In this document: positions 63,435-64,000 of the stretch, piece by piece
How positions within the stretch are numbered: the stretch's first letter is position 1
Layout: every line of letters starts with the position of its first letter
Assembly (NCBI GenBank): GCA_003971905.1
Contig: RSEE01000095.1
Coordinates: 62,001-126,000, forward strand
Source: Moniliella sp. 'wahieum'
Lineage: Eukaryota
DNA length: 64,000 nt
Direction of reading: 5' to 3'
Position numbers and translations under genes: made by a program
Notes under the pieces: model-generated
The model's input: only the letters and a program-made list of their open reading frames with translations
Database searches by the model: none
What the model was told of the DNA's origin: nothing

Positions 63435-64000
63435 CTAGTTACTGGGGATGATTGATGATCGATGAGGCTGGATGCAGTGAGACATCCTATGAATTGCTCT
63501 TCTGTGTCGACTAGAAGGCCGATTATGCATCTGGATCGCTCTGGCCAGGAGAGGAGGCGAATTGGACCGCGCCCGAATCGCCGGTCCCCACTTGTAAAAC
63601 ACAAACGGAATGGGCACAATGAGGGTGGTAAGTGCCGCAACAAAGCAACCAGCGCCCACTGTGCCCATCCGCTCGTACATTTGTCGTCCAAACGTGCCAA
63701 TCCCGCCCGCTGCCACACAGCGGACAAACGCATTGGCAGCCATGCCCGACGCGGCCATGCTGCGGTACGCATCGGCGGTATAGGCAAAGTTGCTAATGTA
63801 GCTCAAGCTAAACCCGGCGCCAAACAGCACACAGGCCAAAAGTGGCACGATCCAGTGCACCCCTTTGAAGCAGACCAGAGCAAACCACCAAAGACCTACA
63901 CAGGTGAACGCCGTTCCCCACATGGACGGGACCAGTCGGACTTCAGGGGGTGGAGGCGCATTGTACTTGGAACTGCTTCATATACTGCGGCTCAAAAAAG
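63435..64000 (-). CDS. MFS multidrug transporter (DHA1 family), 3' part
   Basis: PPEVRL, VHWIVPLL, YTADAYRSMAASGMAANAFVR, QMYERMG, PIPFVFYKWGPAIRARS. The gene starts beyond the window end. Confidence 0.92.

Noticed and set aside
1..64000. Mating-type locus proper; tRNA, rRNA or snRNA genes
   Set aside because: No pheromone receptor, homeodomain or short CAAX pheromone ORF and no RNA-gene signature was recognised by eye. A systematic CAAX-ORF scan and tRNAscan/Rfam search would be needed to exclude them.

Overview
Eukaryotic genomic DNA, most likely from a basidiomycete fungus. Evidence: GC-rich, compact genes, short GT-AG introns with CTRAC branch sites, an MP88-like mannoprotein. About 16 protein-coding loci are recognisable, nearly all broken by 1-nt indels. 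Essential RPS19 and CCA1 are affected too, so most frameshifts look like long-read consensus errors. Loci in order: Pps1-like dual-specificity phosphatase (3' end), truncated Sro7/tomosyn-like gene, F-box/LRR protein, SH3-REM-RasGEF, kynureninase, orphan UBL, Rossmann-fold protein, RING-PH-vWA (Far1/Ste5-type) copy 1, NDUFAF8, a second Pps1-like gene lacking the catalytic Cys, RPS19, RING-PH-vWA copy 2, MP88-like protein, Cbp6, CCA1, G-protein gamma, aldo-keto reductase, MFS transporter (3' end). Mobile DNA: two related solo LTRs in opposite orientation, each with an intact 5-bp TSD, plus relics of a copia RT and a CRE-like non-LTR element. Two unexplained signals stand out. (i) Intergenic DNA carries a pervasive 7-bp-period grammar, T-N-A plus any 4-bp palindrome, with 14 of the 16 possible cores seen. 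(ii) Duplicated or degenerate signalling genes are concentrated here: an active/inactive phosphatase pair, two scaffold-type genes, RasGEF, G-gamma and a half-length Sro7. All family calls are by eye; no database searches were run.
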